DNA of 64,000 nucleotides from the human T2T-CHM13v2.0 reference genome, Homo sapiens, in NCBI RefSeq assembly GCF_009914755.1, contig NC_060931.1; one strand, given 5' to 3'. The translations under genes were made by a program, and so were the position numbers. Numbering within the stretch: position 1 is the stretch's first letter; each line of letters starts with the position of its first letter. Shown here one piece after another: positions 46,161 to 63,986 of the stretch. A model generated the notes under the pieces. The model searched no databases, was not told the origin of the DNA, and saw only the letters and a program-made list of their open reading frames with translations.

Positions 46161-47100
46161 CTATAGAGGAACATGGCTAAACAAGTAAGAGCAAAATCAT
46201 GTTGTCTTGTTGGGGACTGGTGTTTGTAAAATAACAGCCTCAGAGCTGAAGTGGTATAAACTTTAGTGGTTCCAGCAGACAGTAGCTTGTCTGCAGAGTC
46301 ATGTGTTGTGCCACATGCATTGGGTATGTCATCCACAAGGACAGCCACCCAGTCTTTAATATCACCAACCAGAAACATCCTATCCACCCCAACACTTCTC
46401 CTGCAAGGCAAGCCATGTTAGGTCTGTCCATGAATGGTGGAGTCTCTTTGGCTCCTCCTGCTTTGGGTGAAACAATGCTGCAGTTCCTCCAGTCTGCAAT
46501 ATTCTCTCAGGTCCACCACAGAACTGCAGGCTCCACATGTAAGTCATTCACAGCAGTACTGAAGAATCCCTGTATTTGAGCAGTGTGCAGATCCATAGTA
46601 CTGACATGCTCCAACCCAGCTACTAAAAACACATTGGCTACAAGTTTTGCAGAAACTGCAGGATGACTCTTGTCCTTTTGATCTTGTTGGGCATATGGAG
46701 AACATGAGAGTACTGCCTTCATGCCAGAGGACCATGTGGCTTTGCACACATTGGTCATAGCAAGAGATGTCAAGGTGTCATTAATTTTCACAATGACATA
46801 GGCAGCTTGGTCTCTCATTCTTTCACCACTCACTATGCTAACCTCCTGATTGCTGAACTTCTTAGTGACCACCTTGCCCAACTCCAACCCCCACCTTTTC
46901 ACCACTTTCTGGGCAAGTCCCAGTGAGCTGCTGCCAAGCAGCACCATATTGGACATAGCTGGAGCTTGGTGGAGCCAGGGGATGCTCAAGGTGGTGATGT
47001 CAGGAGCAAGGAAAGAGCTGCCACTGCCACTGCCATTGGAAGAGAGGAGGAGGGGTTGCAGAGGTGGGTTGGGGCCTGGCTGCGGGCAGGGAGCACAGCT
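46161..47100 (-). pseudogene. Processed PRPS2 pseudogene (ribose-phosphate pyrophosphokinase 2), degenerate with internal deletions
   Basis: Intronless minus-strand homology from ATG 46956: MSNMVL...GLELGKVVTKKFSNQE...SAKLVAN...TMDLHTAQIQGFF...[12 protein letters not shown]...[13 protein letters not shown]...SYLFSHVPL*, with the stop at 46161-46163. PRPS2-type residues (NxVL, TKVY) rather than PRPS1-type (NIKI, TRVY). Nonsense codon at 46507-46509 and later frameshifts. GC-rich 5'UTR-like stretch to ~47100. Confidence 0.9.
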
Positions 47101-47775
47101 CTGGAAAAGATCTTCTTATTTTTGGATGCTACATGCTGTTTCACCTCTTTCTCTTTCCATGTGAGCAAAGAAAAGGACTACAACATTAAAAGAAAGTAAT
47201 TCATTAATATTTAGCATAGACTGTAAAATCACTGCCATTAGAATTTTTTGAGGTTTCCCAAACCATTGTAACTTCCCCACATGTTATGTTGGTCACTACT
47301 TCCCTTATGATTGGCAGGAAAAGCCTGACCTGTGTGCTTGTGTGGCCCAGGCACTAAGAGCCTCAGGTTCACAGGGCATGCCCTCGTGCTAGTGCTGCTA
47401 GAGAGGGGGTAGACCATGTTACACAGGAAGCATCACGGTGTTGTGCAATGGGACTGGGTTGGGGGCAGGCAAGTTCTGTTCCCTACCAAGACTCCTATCA
47501 GAAAGGGTCTCTTCTTGCCACAGAGACTACAGCAACAAGGCAGAGAAAGTTTACTAAGGTGGGAAACAGGCATCAGACAAAGCAGCACATTTGAGGGACT
47601 CCTTCTTAGGCAAACAGATAAAAGCACTCCCAGAAAAGCAAAAACAGAATGACCTCAACATTTTGCAACACATATTGGAAGAAACCAGCCTCCGCAGAAA
47701 TCAACTGATGGAAGCTGGAGTAAACATGGACTTTTTACAAATTGCAAAAGTAATGTCAGAGACCCTGAAACAAGG

Positions 47776-48153
47776 TGATATAGCTTAGATGTTTGTCCCC
47801 TCTAAATCTCATGTTGGAAGTGTTTGGATCATGGAGATGGATCCCTTATTAATGGCTTAGTGCCAACCCCTTTGTGGTGAGTGAGTTCTTGCTCTGGTGG
47901 TTCACACAAGATGTGGTTGTTTAAAAGAGAGTGGCACCTCCCACCTTGCTCTCTTCTCTCACCATGTGATGTGCTGGCTCCCTTTTTGCCTTCTACCGTG
48001 ACTGTAAGCTTCCTGAGGCCTTCACCAGAAGCAGATGCTGGCACTATGCTTCATGTACAGCCTGCAGAACCATGAACCAAAATAAAACCTCTTTTCTTTA
48101 AAAATTACCCAGTCTCCTGCATTTCTTTATAGGAACACAAAAATGGCCTAACA
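47776..48153 (+). mobile_element. MSTB-like LTR
   Basis: TGATATAGCTTAGATGTTTGTCCCC...AATAAAACCTC...GGCCTAACA. Confidence 0.8.
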
Positions 48154-49117
48154 CCCGCCCCTCCCCCCACAACCACCCCAGGCAACCATCGACTGGGGTT
48201 AATCCCAGTAGAATGAGAATGACATAGGACAAATGGAACAGAGGAAACAGATTCTGGATATGAAAGACTTGATATGAACAGAGATTATTCCTGTGATCCA
48301 TTGGCTGAGAGTTTTGTGTTGGTCAGCATGCTTTCAGCAGCAAAACGAAACAGAACAAAAACACCCAATCCAAATTAGCTTAAATTATAAGAAAATGCAT
48401 TGACCCACTAAACTGGAAGACCAGACAGAATGGTTCTAACTCCATTTCTTTGACCTTCTCCATGTCTTTGTTTTATCCTCAGACTGGTAAAGAGATAGCT
48501 ACAGTAGTTTCCAGCCTCTCAACATATACAACATAGCCCCGAATAAGAAAAGAACATATCCTCCTGTGGGTCTCTCTTAAGAGTGAATAAACTTTTCCCA
48601 GAATTCCTTGGCAGACTTCCTCAAATTGAGTCACATGGCCATTTCTGACAATCACTGCAAAGGGGTTAGGATAATTATCATTGCCTTCAACAATCCAGGC
48701 CCTTCCCTGGAGCTACAGAAAACTGCCCACACAGCATAGCTATTCTCCAATGGTGGAAGAGTATGCTGGATGTTAAAGAGATACCATAAAGTCCACCATG
48801 GTTTCCCAACAATGTCTTAGGAAGAACCAGTGCTGGAGCCTCCACAATATATCCCTAAGAGTTTAAAATTTATCTTTGTATCACTGAGGACTTTTGGGTT
48901 GCTAGTGACAGAAACACAATTCAAATCAGCTTAAAGAAAACATGGAACTGATTGGTTCTTAGCATCTAAGAAAGGGTTAACTCTTCTTAGCCAACTCAAC
49001 GGAATATCCAAAGATGCAGCTGGGCCATAGTAGAAATAGAACCGTGAGTGCTCAGGGCTCTCCCTTGTCACTCATGTTTGCTCCTCTTTGCATATCGACA
49101 ATACTCTTTCCCACTCA

Positions 49118-50419
<1,302 letters not shown>

Positions 50420-52784
50420 TCACTCCAAGAGGAGAGATCCTTCAGTTGCAAAAATATTTTATAAAAAGAACCCCACAAAGTATTATCATAAATAATAAGT
50501 GGACCCTGACAATTGCAGTCAAGACTGGTAAAGCACAAGGCCTCTTCTTGTGTTTCTTTCTTTCAAGGTAAGGGATGCTTTTGGCTTGTTTCTGGAACAA
50601 GGAAAAGGAGAGAATTAAGGAGAGTGTGTTATTTTCCATAATCCATGAGGCCCTCCCCTCCCACAAAACTGATAGCAGCTGTGAAGTGAAGCAGAAGTTT
50701 GTGAGAAAGAAAGAAGCTGTCTTTCTCATGAAGCTGGCCCAGGTTGGATAAGCAGGGCCTACATTCCTAAAGGCTACTGGGCTACAGGTTTCTTTCTTGG
50801 TTGGGGTTCCCGCAAAAGCAGATCCTGAGAAAGATTTGTGTACAAGTACTTTTCGAGGTCAAAGTACAAGTACTTTTCCCAGGAAGCAAGTGAGGGGGCA
50901 GAGAAGTATGTTAAACTCTGCAACTGGGTGTGTAAATAACTGCATGCTGCTATGGTCCACTGTGGCTCAATCCCACTGGAGACCCTCTGAGAAACTCTGC
51001 AGAGCACAGCTCAGAATTGTCCCCCACAATGGAGCAAAAAGCTGGGATTTTTATCCATCAACTCCTGTCTCCATTGGTTAAGAGTTGTTCCTGGAGACAT
51101 TAATTTCCCAGCACTTTCAGGCAGAACATGCATATGAGGCCAGATAAAACCTTTAAACAGAGAGAATCATGTGCTTGAGGTAGGAAGTCATTGGCATGAT
51201 ATGGAAACTTTCCATCAAGTTACACATGACCAACAGGATGGGCCAAGGGAATATTGCAGGGACATTGACAGCATCTACTACAATTCCCAGAACCCATTCC
51301 ACAGGCAACCCTCCCCAACTTCTGTACCTTCAACCACACTCTCCCCTCTCAGAATGCCCTGGTGTCCATTTAAACTAGATTTCATCTGGATTCAAACAGC
51401 AGCAGGGGAGGAGTGTCTCCCCACTGCCTGCACTGGGACAATCTCTACTGGTGGCTCTGGAAGGAATGAGACCCAATATGTACCGAGTACCTACTACAAG
51501 CTGGTCCTATACATATCTTGTCTCATGGTAATGCTCAAAACAGCCCTTTGATGTATATATTATCATTGAGAGAAGGAGAGAGAGAGAGAGAATGAGTGTG
51601 TATGTGTATGGAATCTGAGACCTGGAGAGGGAGGTAACTTGCCTTGTCTCAAATGGATAGAAAATGACACAGCCAAGACCCAAACCTAGTGGGGTTAACT
51701 CCAAAGCCTCATGCTCTTTCTTCCTGATACAGAAATAGAAGCCAATGCCTCTTTGCCACCCAGGAAGAATATTTCTCTTAGATCAACAGACCAAAGTTTA
51801 GAGAACTCCTGGGAACTTCAGAAAGTCCCAGTCCTCCCAGAGCCTCAGGTGACACAGACCTGAATGTTTGCCAGGCTATCTTTCACTAACACTAAAATAG
51901 CCACCTGCACACTGCCTGCATGCAAACCACTCCTTGATACACATGCACCTAACACAAAGCCCCTTGCATGTTAGGCCAGGGGCTATTTTTGTTGCTTTGA
52001 GTTTATCTGAGGAAGGATTGATATGGAACAAGCCACAGGGCAGAAACCTATGCATGTTACCTCTCTCCAGGGGGACACTTCCCAGGGCTGGGGATTAAAG
52101 GAATTCAGTGTCTATTAAGTGGAGAGACTTTCCTACAGAAAGAGCAAGTTTTATAAAGTCCATATGACATATGAGGCAGTGTTTTCCAGCCTGGGGATTG
52201 TGTTGCACAAAAGAACTGGATAATTTTAACAAGAGCACCTGCAAATGTTTTCCCCAGTGAGCCGCTCTCTGGAGAAAACTCCTCCTTCCCTCTCCACAGC
52301 AACATGAGCTGGGATCATTCTTTCATCTCCTGGAAGATATTGGATCCCACATGAAATCCTTTGCCCCACCCAAGAAGCTCCTAGCAACAACTGTCTGGCT
52401 TCATGTTACATCACTGGGCAGTAACCCCATTCATTCATAGGCATTTAATGGGCACCTACACTCCTCCAGGCCCAATGAAAAGCATCCAGGATACTTGGAG
52501 AGCAAAGTATAGTCCTGCCCTCCAAGAATCTCAGTTGATGGAGGATTCTTATTTATTGTGTGTGCTAAATTTGACCACTGTGAAGGTGCCTGGCACTGTG
52601 TTTGACACATACAGGTGCACAGTAAATGCAGATTTCCTTTCGTTCCCTTAATAGTCTTCAAAATACTTTTATGGGAATTATCTTGTTGGTTTCTCAGAGC
52701 CTCTGCAAATCCAATTTGGAATGAGACAGAATAAAAGCAAATAACTAAGGACAGGAAATCCTGTGAATAGAGAAAGGCAGGCAT

Positions 52785-53172
52785 TATAAACCTCACACTT
52801 AGTTGAGGAAGTTGCATCCAGTTAGGCCGTGGTGCAGCACGGAGCTTAAGGGCATGTGCTGCAGAGCCTGGGTTGGAATTCCGACTCTGTTCCTTGGCTA
52901 TAAATTCCCACTTTTCCTTGTTGTATTCAGAGTTGAGCCCAGTTTCTCACCCCTACTGTAAAACCCCACTTTGGTAATTCCCATACCTGTCTCTATAGTC
53001 CCCTTAAATAAAGTCTGCATTACTGTTCTTTAACAAAGGTTGCAGATAGATTTTTCTTTAAACATTATACATAATATATATATATAAAATATATACACAC
53101 ATATATATATGTGTATACATATAAACCTCACATTTAGTTGAGGAAGTTGCATCCAGTTAGGCCATGGTGCAG
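52785..53172. repeat. 53-bp direct repeat (52785-52837 and 53120-53172)
   Basis: 51/53 identical: TATAAACCTCACA...GGTGCAG. Confidence 0.95.
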
Positions 53173-53346
53173 AATAGTGGTTAATATATATTATACATAT
53201 GAATATACATTTATATAATATATTATCAATATATAATAAATACAACTTGTTATTTATATATACATATGTGTGTGTGTATATATATATATAATATGTATAT
53301 ATTTAGTTTAAAAAAACTATCTGTGACCTTTGTTAAAGAAAAATAA

Positions 53347-53645
53347 ACCAGACACAGTGGCTCATGCCTGTAATCCCAGCACTTTGGGAGGCTGAGGTGG
53401 GTGGATTACTTGAGCTCAGGAGTTCAAGATCAGCCTAGGCAACACAGTAAAGCCCCATCTCTACCAAAAATGCAAAAAATTAGCCAGGCATGGTGGCAGG
53501 CACCTGTGGTCCCAGCTATATGGGAGGCTGAGTAGGAAGGATCACTTGAGCCCAGGAGGCAGACAGAGGTTGCAGTAACCCATGATCACACCACTGGACT
53601 CCAGCCTGGGTGACAGAGAGAGACCTTGTCTCAAAAAAAAAAAAG
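53347..53645 (+). mobile_element. AluJ
   Basis: Dimeric Alu. Confidence 0.88.
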
Positions 53646-54637
53646 AATAAAGCAGACTTTATTCGAGGGAACTATATATATATACACGCCCACATACACA
53701 CATATAAATATATACATACACGAGAGGAGGAGCCAAGATGGCCGAATAGGAACAGCTCCGGTCTACAGCTCCCAGCCTGAGCGACGCAGAAGACGGGTGA
53801 TTTCTGCATTTCCATCTGAGGTACCGGGTTCATCTCACTAGGGAGTGCCAGACAGTGGGCGCAGGTCAGTGGGTGCGCGCACCGTGCGCGAGCCGAAGCA
53901 GGGCGAGGCATTGCCTCACTCGGGAAGCGCAAGGGGTCAGGGAGTTCCCTTTCCTAATCAAAGAAAGGGCTGACGGACGGCACCTGGAAAATCGGGAAAA
54001 TCGGGTCACTCCCACCAGAATACTGCGCTTTTCCGACGGGCTTAAAAAACGGCGCACCACGAGATTATATCCCCCACCTGGCTCGGAGGGTCCTACCCCA
54101 CGGAGTCTCGATGATTGCTAGCACAGCAGTCTGAGATCAAACTGCAAGGCAGCAGCGAGGCTGGGGGAGGGGCGCCCGCCATTGCCCAGGCTTGCTTAGG
54201 TAAACAAAGCAGCCGGGAAGCTCGAACTGGGTGGAGCCCACCACAGCTCAAGGAGGCCTGCCTGCCTCTGTAGGCTCCACCTCTGGGGGCAGGGCACAGA
54301 CAAACAAAAAGACAGCAGTAACCTCTGCAGACTTAAATGTCCCTGTCTGACAGCTTTGAAGAGAGCAGTGGTTCTCCCAGTACGCAGCTGGAGATCTGAG
54401 AAGGGGCAGACTGCCTCCTCAAGTGGGTCCCTGACCTCTGACCCCCGAGCAGCCTAACTGGGATGCACCCTCCAGCAGGGGCACACTGACACCTCACACT
54501 GCAGGGTACTCCAACAGACCTGCAGCTGAGGGTCCTGTCTGTTAGAAGGAAAGCTAACAAACAGAAAGGACATCCACACCAAAAACCCATCTGTACATCA
54601 CCATCATCAAAGACCAAAAGTAGATAAAACCACAAAG

Positions 54638-55654
54638 ATGGGGAAAAAACAGAACAGAAAAACTGGAAACTCTAAAAATCAGAGTGCCTCTCCTCCTCCA
54701 AAGGAACGCAGCTCCTCACCAGCAATGGAACAAAGCTGGATGGAGAATGACTTTGACGAGCTGAGAGAAGAAGGCTTCAGACGATCAAATTACTCTGAGC
54801 TAGGGGAGGACATTCAAACCAAAGGCAAAGAAGTTGAAAACTTTGAAAAAATTTTAGAAGAATGTATAACTAGAATAACCAATACAGAGAAGTGCTTAAA
54901 GGAGCTGATGGAGCTGAAAACCAAGGCTCGAGAACTACGTGAAGAATGCAGAAGCCTCAGGAGCCGATGTGATCAACTGGAAGAAAGGGTATCAGCAATG
55001 GAAGATGAAATGAATGAAATGAAGCGAGAAGGGAAGTTTAGAGAAAAAAGAATAAAAAGAAACGAGCAAAGCCTCCAAGAAATATGGGACTATGTGAAAA
55101 GACCAAATCTACGTCTGATTGGTGTACCTGAAAGTGATGGGGAGAATGGAACCAAGTTGGAAAACACTCTGCAGGATATTATCCAGGAGAATTTCCCCAA
55201 TCTAGCAAGGCAGGCCAACGTTCAGATTCAGGAAATACAGAGAACGCCACAAAGATACTCCTCGAGAAGAGCAACTCCAAGACACATAATTGTCAGATTC
55301 ACCAAAGTTGAAATGAAGGAAAAAATGTTAAGGGCAGCCAGAGAGAAAGGTCGGGTTACCCTCAAAGGGAAGCCCATCAGACTAACAGCGGATCTCTCAG
55401 CAGAAACCCTACAAGCCAGAAGAGAGTGGGGGCCAATATTCAACATTCTTAAAGAAAAGAATTTTCAACCCAGAATTTCATATCCAGCCAAAATAAGCTT
55501 CATAAGTGAAGGAGAAATAAAATACTTTACAGACAAGCAAATGCTGAGAGATTTTGTCACCACCAGGCCTGCCCTAAAAGAGCTCCTGAAGGAAGCGCTA
55601 AACATGGAAAGGAACAACCAGTACCAGCTGCTGCAAAATCATGCCAAAATGTAA
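54638..55654 (+). CDS. L1 ORF1p, intact 338 aa
   Basis: Full-length ORF1p translation (MGKKQNRK...QNHAKM) with coiled coil and conserved REKG, ARR and YPAK motifs. Confidence 0.95.
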   Translation: MGKKQNRKTGNSKNQSASPPPKERSSSPAMEQSWMENDFDELREEGFRRSNYSELGEDIQTKGKEVENFEKILEECITRITNTEKCLKELMELKTKARELREECRSLRSRCDQLEERVSAMEDEMNEMKREGKFREKRIKRNEQSLQEIWDYVKRPNLRLIGVPESDGENGTKLENTLQDIIQENFPNLARQANVQIQEIQRTPQRYSSRRATPRHIIVRFTKVEMKEKMLRAAREKGRVTLKGKPIRLTADLSAETLQARREWGPIFNILKEKNFQPRISYPAKISFISEGEIKYFTDKQMLRDFVTTRPALKELLKEALNMERNNQYQLLQNHAKM

Positions 55655-55716
55655 AGACCATCGAGACTAGGAAGAAACTGCATCAACTAACGAGCAAAAT
55701 AACAGCTAACATCATA

Positions 55717-59542
<3,826 letters not shown>

Positions 59543-59826
59543 ACAATGAGATCACATGGACACAGGAAGGGGAACATCACACTCTGGGGGCTGTTGTGGG
59601 GTGGAGGGAGCAGGGAGGGATAGCACTGGGAAATATATCTAATGCTAGATGACAAGTTAGTGGGTGCAGCACACCAGCATGGCACATGTATACATATGTA
59701 ACTAACCTGCACAATGTGCACATGTACCCTAAAACTTAAAGTATAATAATAAAAATAAAAAAAAAATAAAAATAAAATAAAAAAAAATAAATATATATAT
59801 ATATACATACACACACACATATAATA

Positions 59827-59906
59827 TTAAGTTGGTGCAAAAGTAACTGCAGTCTTTGCCATTAAAAGTAATGGCAAAAATTGCCATTACTTTTGCATCA
59901 ACCTGA
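59827..59906. mobile_element. MADE1 MITE (Hsmar1-derived, miR-548-type hairpin)
   Basis: 80-bp near-palindrome TTAAGTTGGTGCAAAAGTAA...TTACTTTTGCATCAACCTGA flanked by TA on both sides (59825-26, 59907-08). Confidence 0.92.
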
Positions 59907-60621
59907 TAAATATGTACACACATACATCCTACTGGTTCAGTTTCTCTGGAGAATCTTGATTGATACGAGGGGAATAATACAACCCACTTCACTGAGTTGT
60001 TGTGAATAGCATGCTTAGAACAGTGCCTAGCACAAGGAAAAAACACTCTAAATGTCACCTACTTCATATCACTTTGATGGTGGCTGTGAGCCAGGACAAG
60101 TCCCCAAGTGCAGAACTTTGACACCACACCACGTATTTCCTCTGCCCGTTGCATAGACAGTCATGCCTATCTGTCCTAGCCTTGCAGAGCTACTCGAATG
60201 AGAATGTGAGTGCACACTTTCCGAGTTCCAGGCCACCCACTTTGTCAGTTGATTGCGCAAAGTAGCTGGGTCCCACTGCTCAGGTGATAGCACTCTCAGT
60301 CATCTCATTCCTCCCTAAGGGCATCAGGGTTATTCATGGAGTTTCAAGAATTCCTCAGGACACAACCTTGATTTGGCTTTAAACCAGATAGGAAGTCCAC
60401 TTTTCTATCAAGTGTCATTGACCCATGATGAATAGATTATCAAAACCATGAAGGTAAAAAGTAATTGATTTAGGCGTTTTTATTTGTTAAAAGAATGGAA
60501 ATATTTTTCGCATTATATTTTGGTTTTATCTTGAGCAGTCAAGGAAGAGAGATTGGGAAGTTATAAAGGGACCTGAGGAAAAAAATGAAGCTTTGGAATT
60601 TGACAAAAACTAATATTGTTT

Positions 60622-62014
60622 CCCCGCAGCCCTGGCGTCAAAGCCAGTTCCCGGCCCAGTCTCGTCCTGCAGCAGCCTGCCGCCTGCCTCCTCTTTCCTT
60701 TCAACATGACAGATGCCGCTGTGTCCTTCACCAAGGACTTCCTGGCAGGTGGAGTGGCAGCAGCCATCTCCAAGATGGGGGTAGCGCCCATCGAGAGGGT
60801 CAAGCTGCTGCTGGAGGTACAGCATGCCAGCAAGCAGATCACCGCAGATATGCAATACAAGGGCATTATAGACTGCGTGGTCCATATTCTCAAGGAGCAG
60901 GGAGTCCTGTCCTTCTGGCACCGTAACCTGGTCAATGTCCTCAGATACTTCCCCACCCAGGCTCTCAACTTGGCCTTCAAAGATAAACACAAGCAGATCT
61001 TCCTGGGTGGTGTGGACAAGAGGACCCAGTTTGGGAGCTACTTTGCAGGGAATCCGGCATCAGGTGGTGCCGCTGGGGCCACATCCTTGTGTTTTGTGTA
61101 CCCTCTTGATTTTGCCCATACCTGTCTAGCAGCTGACGTGGGTAAAGCTGGAGCTGAAAGGGAATTCTGAGGCCTCGGTAACTGCCTGGTTAAGATCTAC
61201 GAAACTGATGGGATTAAGGGCCTGTACCAAGGCTTTAACGTGTCTGTGCAGGGTATTATCATCTACCGAGCTGCCTACTTTGGTATCTATGACACTGCAA
61301 AGGGAATGCTTCCGGATCCCAGGAACACTCACATCGTCATCAGCTGGATGATCACTCAGACTGTCACTGCCATTGCTGGGTTGACTTCCCATCCATTTGA
61401 CACCGTTCGATGCCGCATGATGATGCAGTCAGGGCGCAAAGGAATTGACGTCATGTACACAGGCACGCTTGACTGCTGGAGGAAGATTGTTGGTGATGAA
61501 GGAGGCAAAGATTTTTTCAAGGGTGCATGGTCCAGTGTTCTCAGAGGCATGGATGGTGCTTTTGTGCTTGTCTTGTATGGTGAAATCAAGAAGTACACAT
61601 AAGTTATTTCCTGGGATTTCCCCCACTGTGAACAGTCATGTTGTATTATATAACATATCTTGAGCATTCTTGACAGACTCCTGGCTGTCAATTTATCAGT
61701 AGCAACTATTTACTGGTTGAAAATAGGAAGCAAGCCAGGTGCGGTGGCTCACACCTGTAATCCCAGCACTTTGGGAGGCCGAGGCGGATGGATCACCAGA
61801 TCAGGAGATCTAGACCATCCTGGTTAACACGGTGAAACCCTGTCTCTACTAAAAATACAACAAATTTGCCAGGCGTGTGGCACGCGCCTGTAATCCCAGC
61901 TACTCAGGAGGCTGAGGCAGGAGAATCCCTTGAACTTGGGAGGCGGAGGTTGCAGTGAGCCAAGATGGCATAACTGCACTCCAGCCTGGGCAACAGAGCG
62001 AGACTCTGTCTCAA

Positions 62015-62051
<37 letters not shown>

Positions 62052-62198
62052 GAAAATGGGAAGCAATAATATTCATCTGACCAGTTTTCTCTTAAAGCCA
62101 TTTCCATGAGGATGGTGATGGGACTCAATTATATTTTTTATTTCATTCACACCTGATAAATAACAAATTTGGAGAAATAAAAATATCTAAAATTAAAA
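60622..62198 (+). pseudogene. SLC25A5P5: Full-length processed SLC25A5 (ANT2) pseudogene, probably SLC25A5P5
   Basis: Intronless copy with 5'UTR. ATG 60706 ([16 protein letters not shown]) to TAA 61602 is exactly 298 codons plus stop, with one in-frame TGA at 61168-61170 (codon 155). 3'UTR with AATAAA at 62176-62181 and a short A tail. 17-bp TSD AAAAACTAATATTGTTT at 60605-60621 and 62199-62215. The P5 number is from memory of the locus. Confidence 0.93.
61734..62051 (+). mobile_element. AluSc/Y-like, inserted in the SLC25A5 pseudogene 3'UTR
   Basis: TSD GAAAAT(A/G)GGAAGCAA at 61719-61733 and 62052-62066. Confidence 0.92.
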
Positions 62199-62567
62199 AA
62201 AAACTAATATTGTTTGTTTGGCCTGGGAAGGGATGGGAGGCAGGGCAGGAACGAATGGTGCACACCCTAGTAGATTTTTTTAAAAAGGTAACATTGTCAA
62301 AATGTGTTCTAAACAGTATGTTCATCTGTATTTGAAATCTGAAGGCACATTTTGTAGATAAAACTGAATTATTTTCATGGGGGCAAACACCCATCATGTG
62401 ACTTGAAACACTGCTGCTCAAGATCATCGCTGCATTTTAGAGTTTTAGTGCCTTGGGTTATTCTGTTCCCACTGCTTGGAATGCGTTTCCCCCTAGCAGG
62501 AAAATATTAACATGCATTACCTCTTCATGCATTACCATGATTACCTCTTCAGGAAACCCTCTCCTGA

Positions 62568-62972
<405 letters not shown>

Positions 62973-63692
62973 TGAAAGGGCGTGCCTGTGTCCTCCGTCT
63001 AATTAAGAACTTTTTTGCTAGCTTCTCTTGCCATTTTTTGTACTGTCTCTAAACAGTACTGGCATATAATGGGCACTCAACATACATGACATAAGAGGCC
63101 ATAGCTCAGTGAGTTTCAAATGAACCCATATGTTAAATAAGTCAAGGGCTGCATTTAAATCAGACGCTAGAAGTGTCTCACCCTTACACTGTCCACTTTC
63201 AACGAACCACTCCAGGAATGAATTATTGCAAACATAAAAAATGAAAGAAATCACATATCTTTGAGTAAATCAGGGACCTGTGGATGGGATTATCTGGCTT
63301 GTGCATCCCCAGAACTGTTGTTCTTTACCTCCCTCTGGCTGTCCACTCTCCAAGAATAGGCAGAATTATAATAACCCTATCCTTCAGATCTTGTCGTTGC
63401 AGCAGCTCTCATTAAAGTTTTGTTGATGTAACAACCAAATGTAATGAGTAGACTTGGCTTGAATCCTAATTCAGAAACCCACTGTAAAAACACAGTTTTG
63501 AGACAACTAGGTAAATGTAATACAGCTTTAATCCTGGGTATTAAATAATATCAATGAATTACTTCCAATTTTATTATATGTAATAATGGTATTATCCTAT
63601 AAGAAAATATGCTTATATTTAAGAATTGTATACAGAATTATTTAGGGATACAAAGACATATTGCCAGAGGTTTCCTTTAAGAGACTACAGCT

Positions 63693-63986
63693 GGCCGTGC
63701 GCGGTGGCTCACACCTGTAATCCCAGCACTTTTGGAGGCCGAGGCGGGCGGATCACAAGGTCAAGAGATCGAGACCATCCTGGCTAATACAGTGAAACCC
63801 CATCTCTACTAAAAATACAAAAAATTGGCCGGGCGTGGTGGTGGGCACCTGTAGCCCCAGCTACTCAGCAGGCTGAGGCCCAAGAATAGCATGAACCCGG
63901 GAGGCAGAGCTTGCAGTGAGCCGAGATTGCACCACTGCATTCCAGCCTGGGTGACAGAGCAAGACTCGTCTCAAAAAAAAAATAAA
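63693..63986 (+). mobile_element. AluY/Sc-like
   Basis: Dimeric Alu. Confidence 0.9.

Noticed and set aside
46161-46956. PRPS1 or PRPS1L1 as the identity
   Set aside because: Diagnostic residues favour PRPS2, and the frame is disrupted.
60616-60705. N-terminal extension of the ANT2-like ORF
   Set aside because: It begins at a TTG within the TSD and reads through the copied 5'UTR; the real start is ATG 60706.
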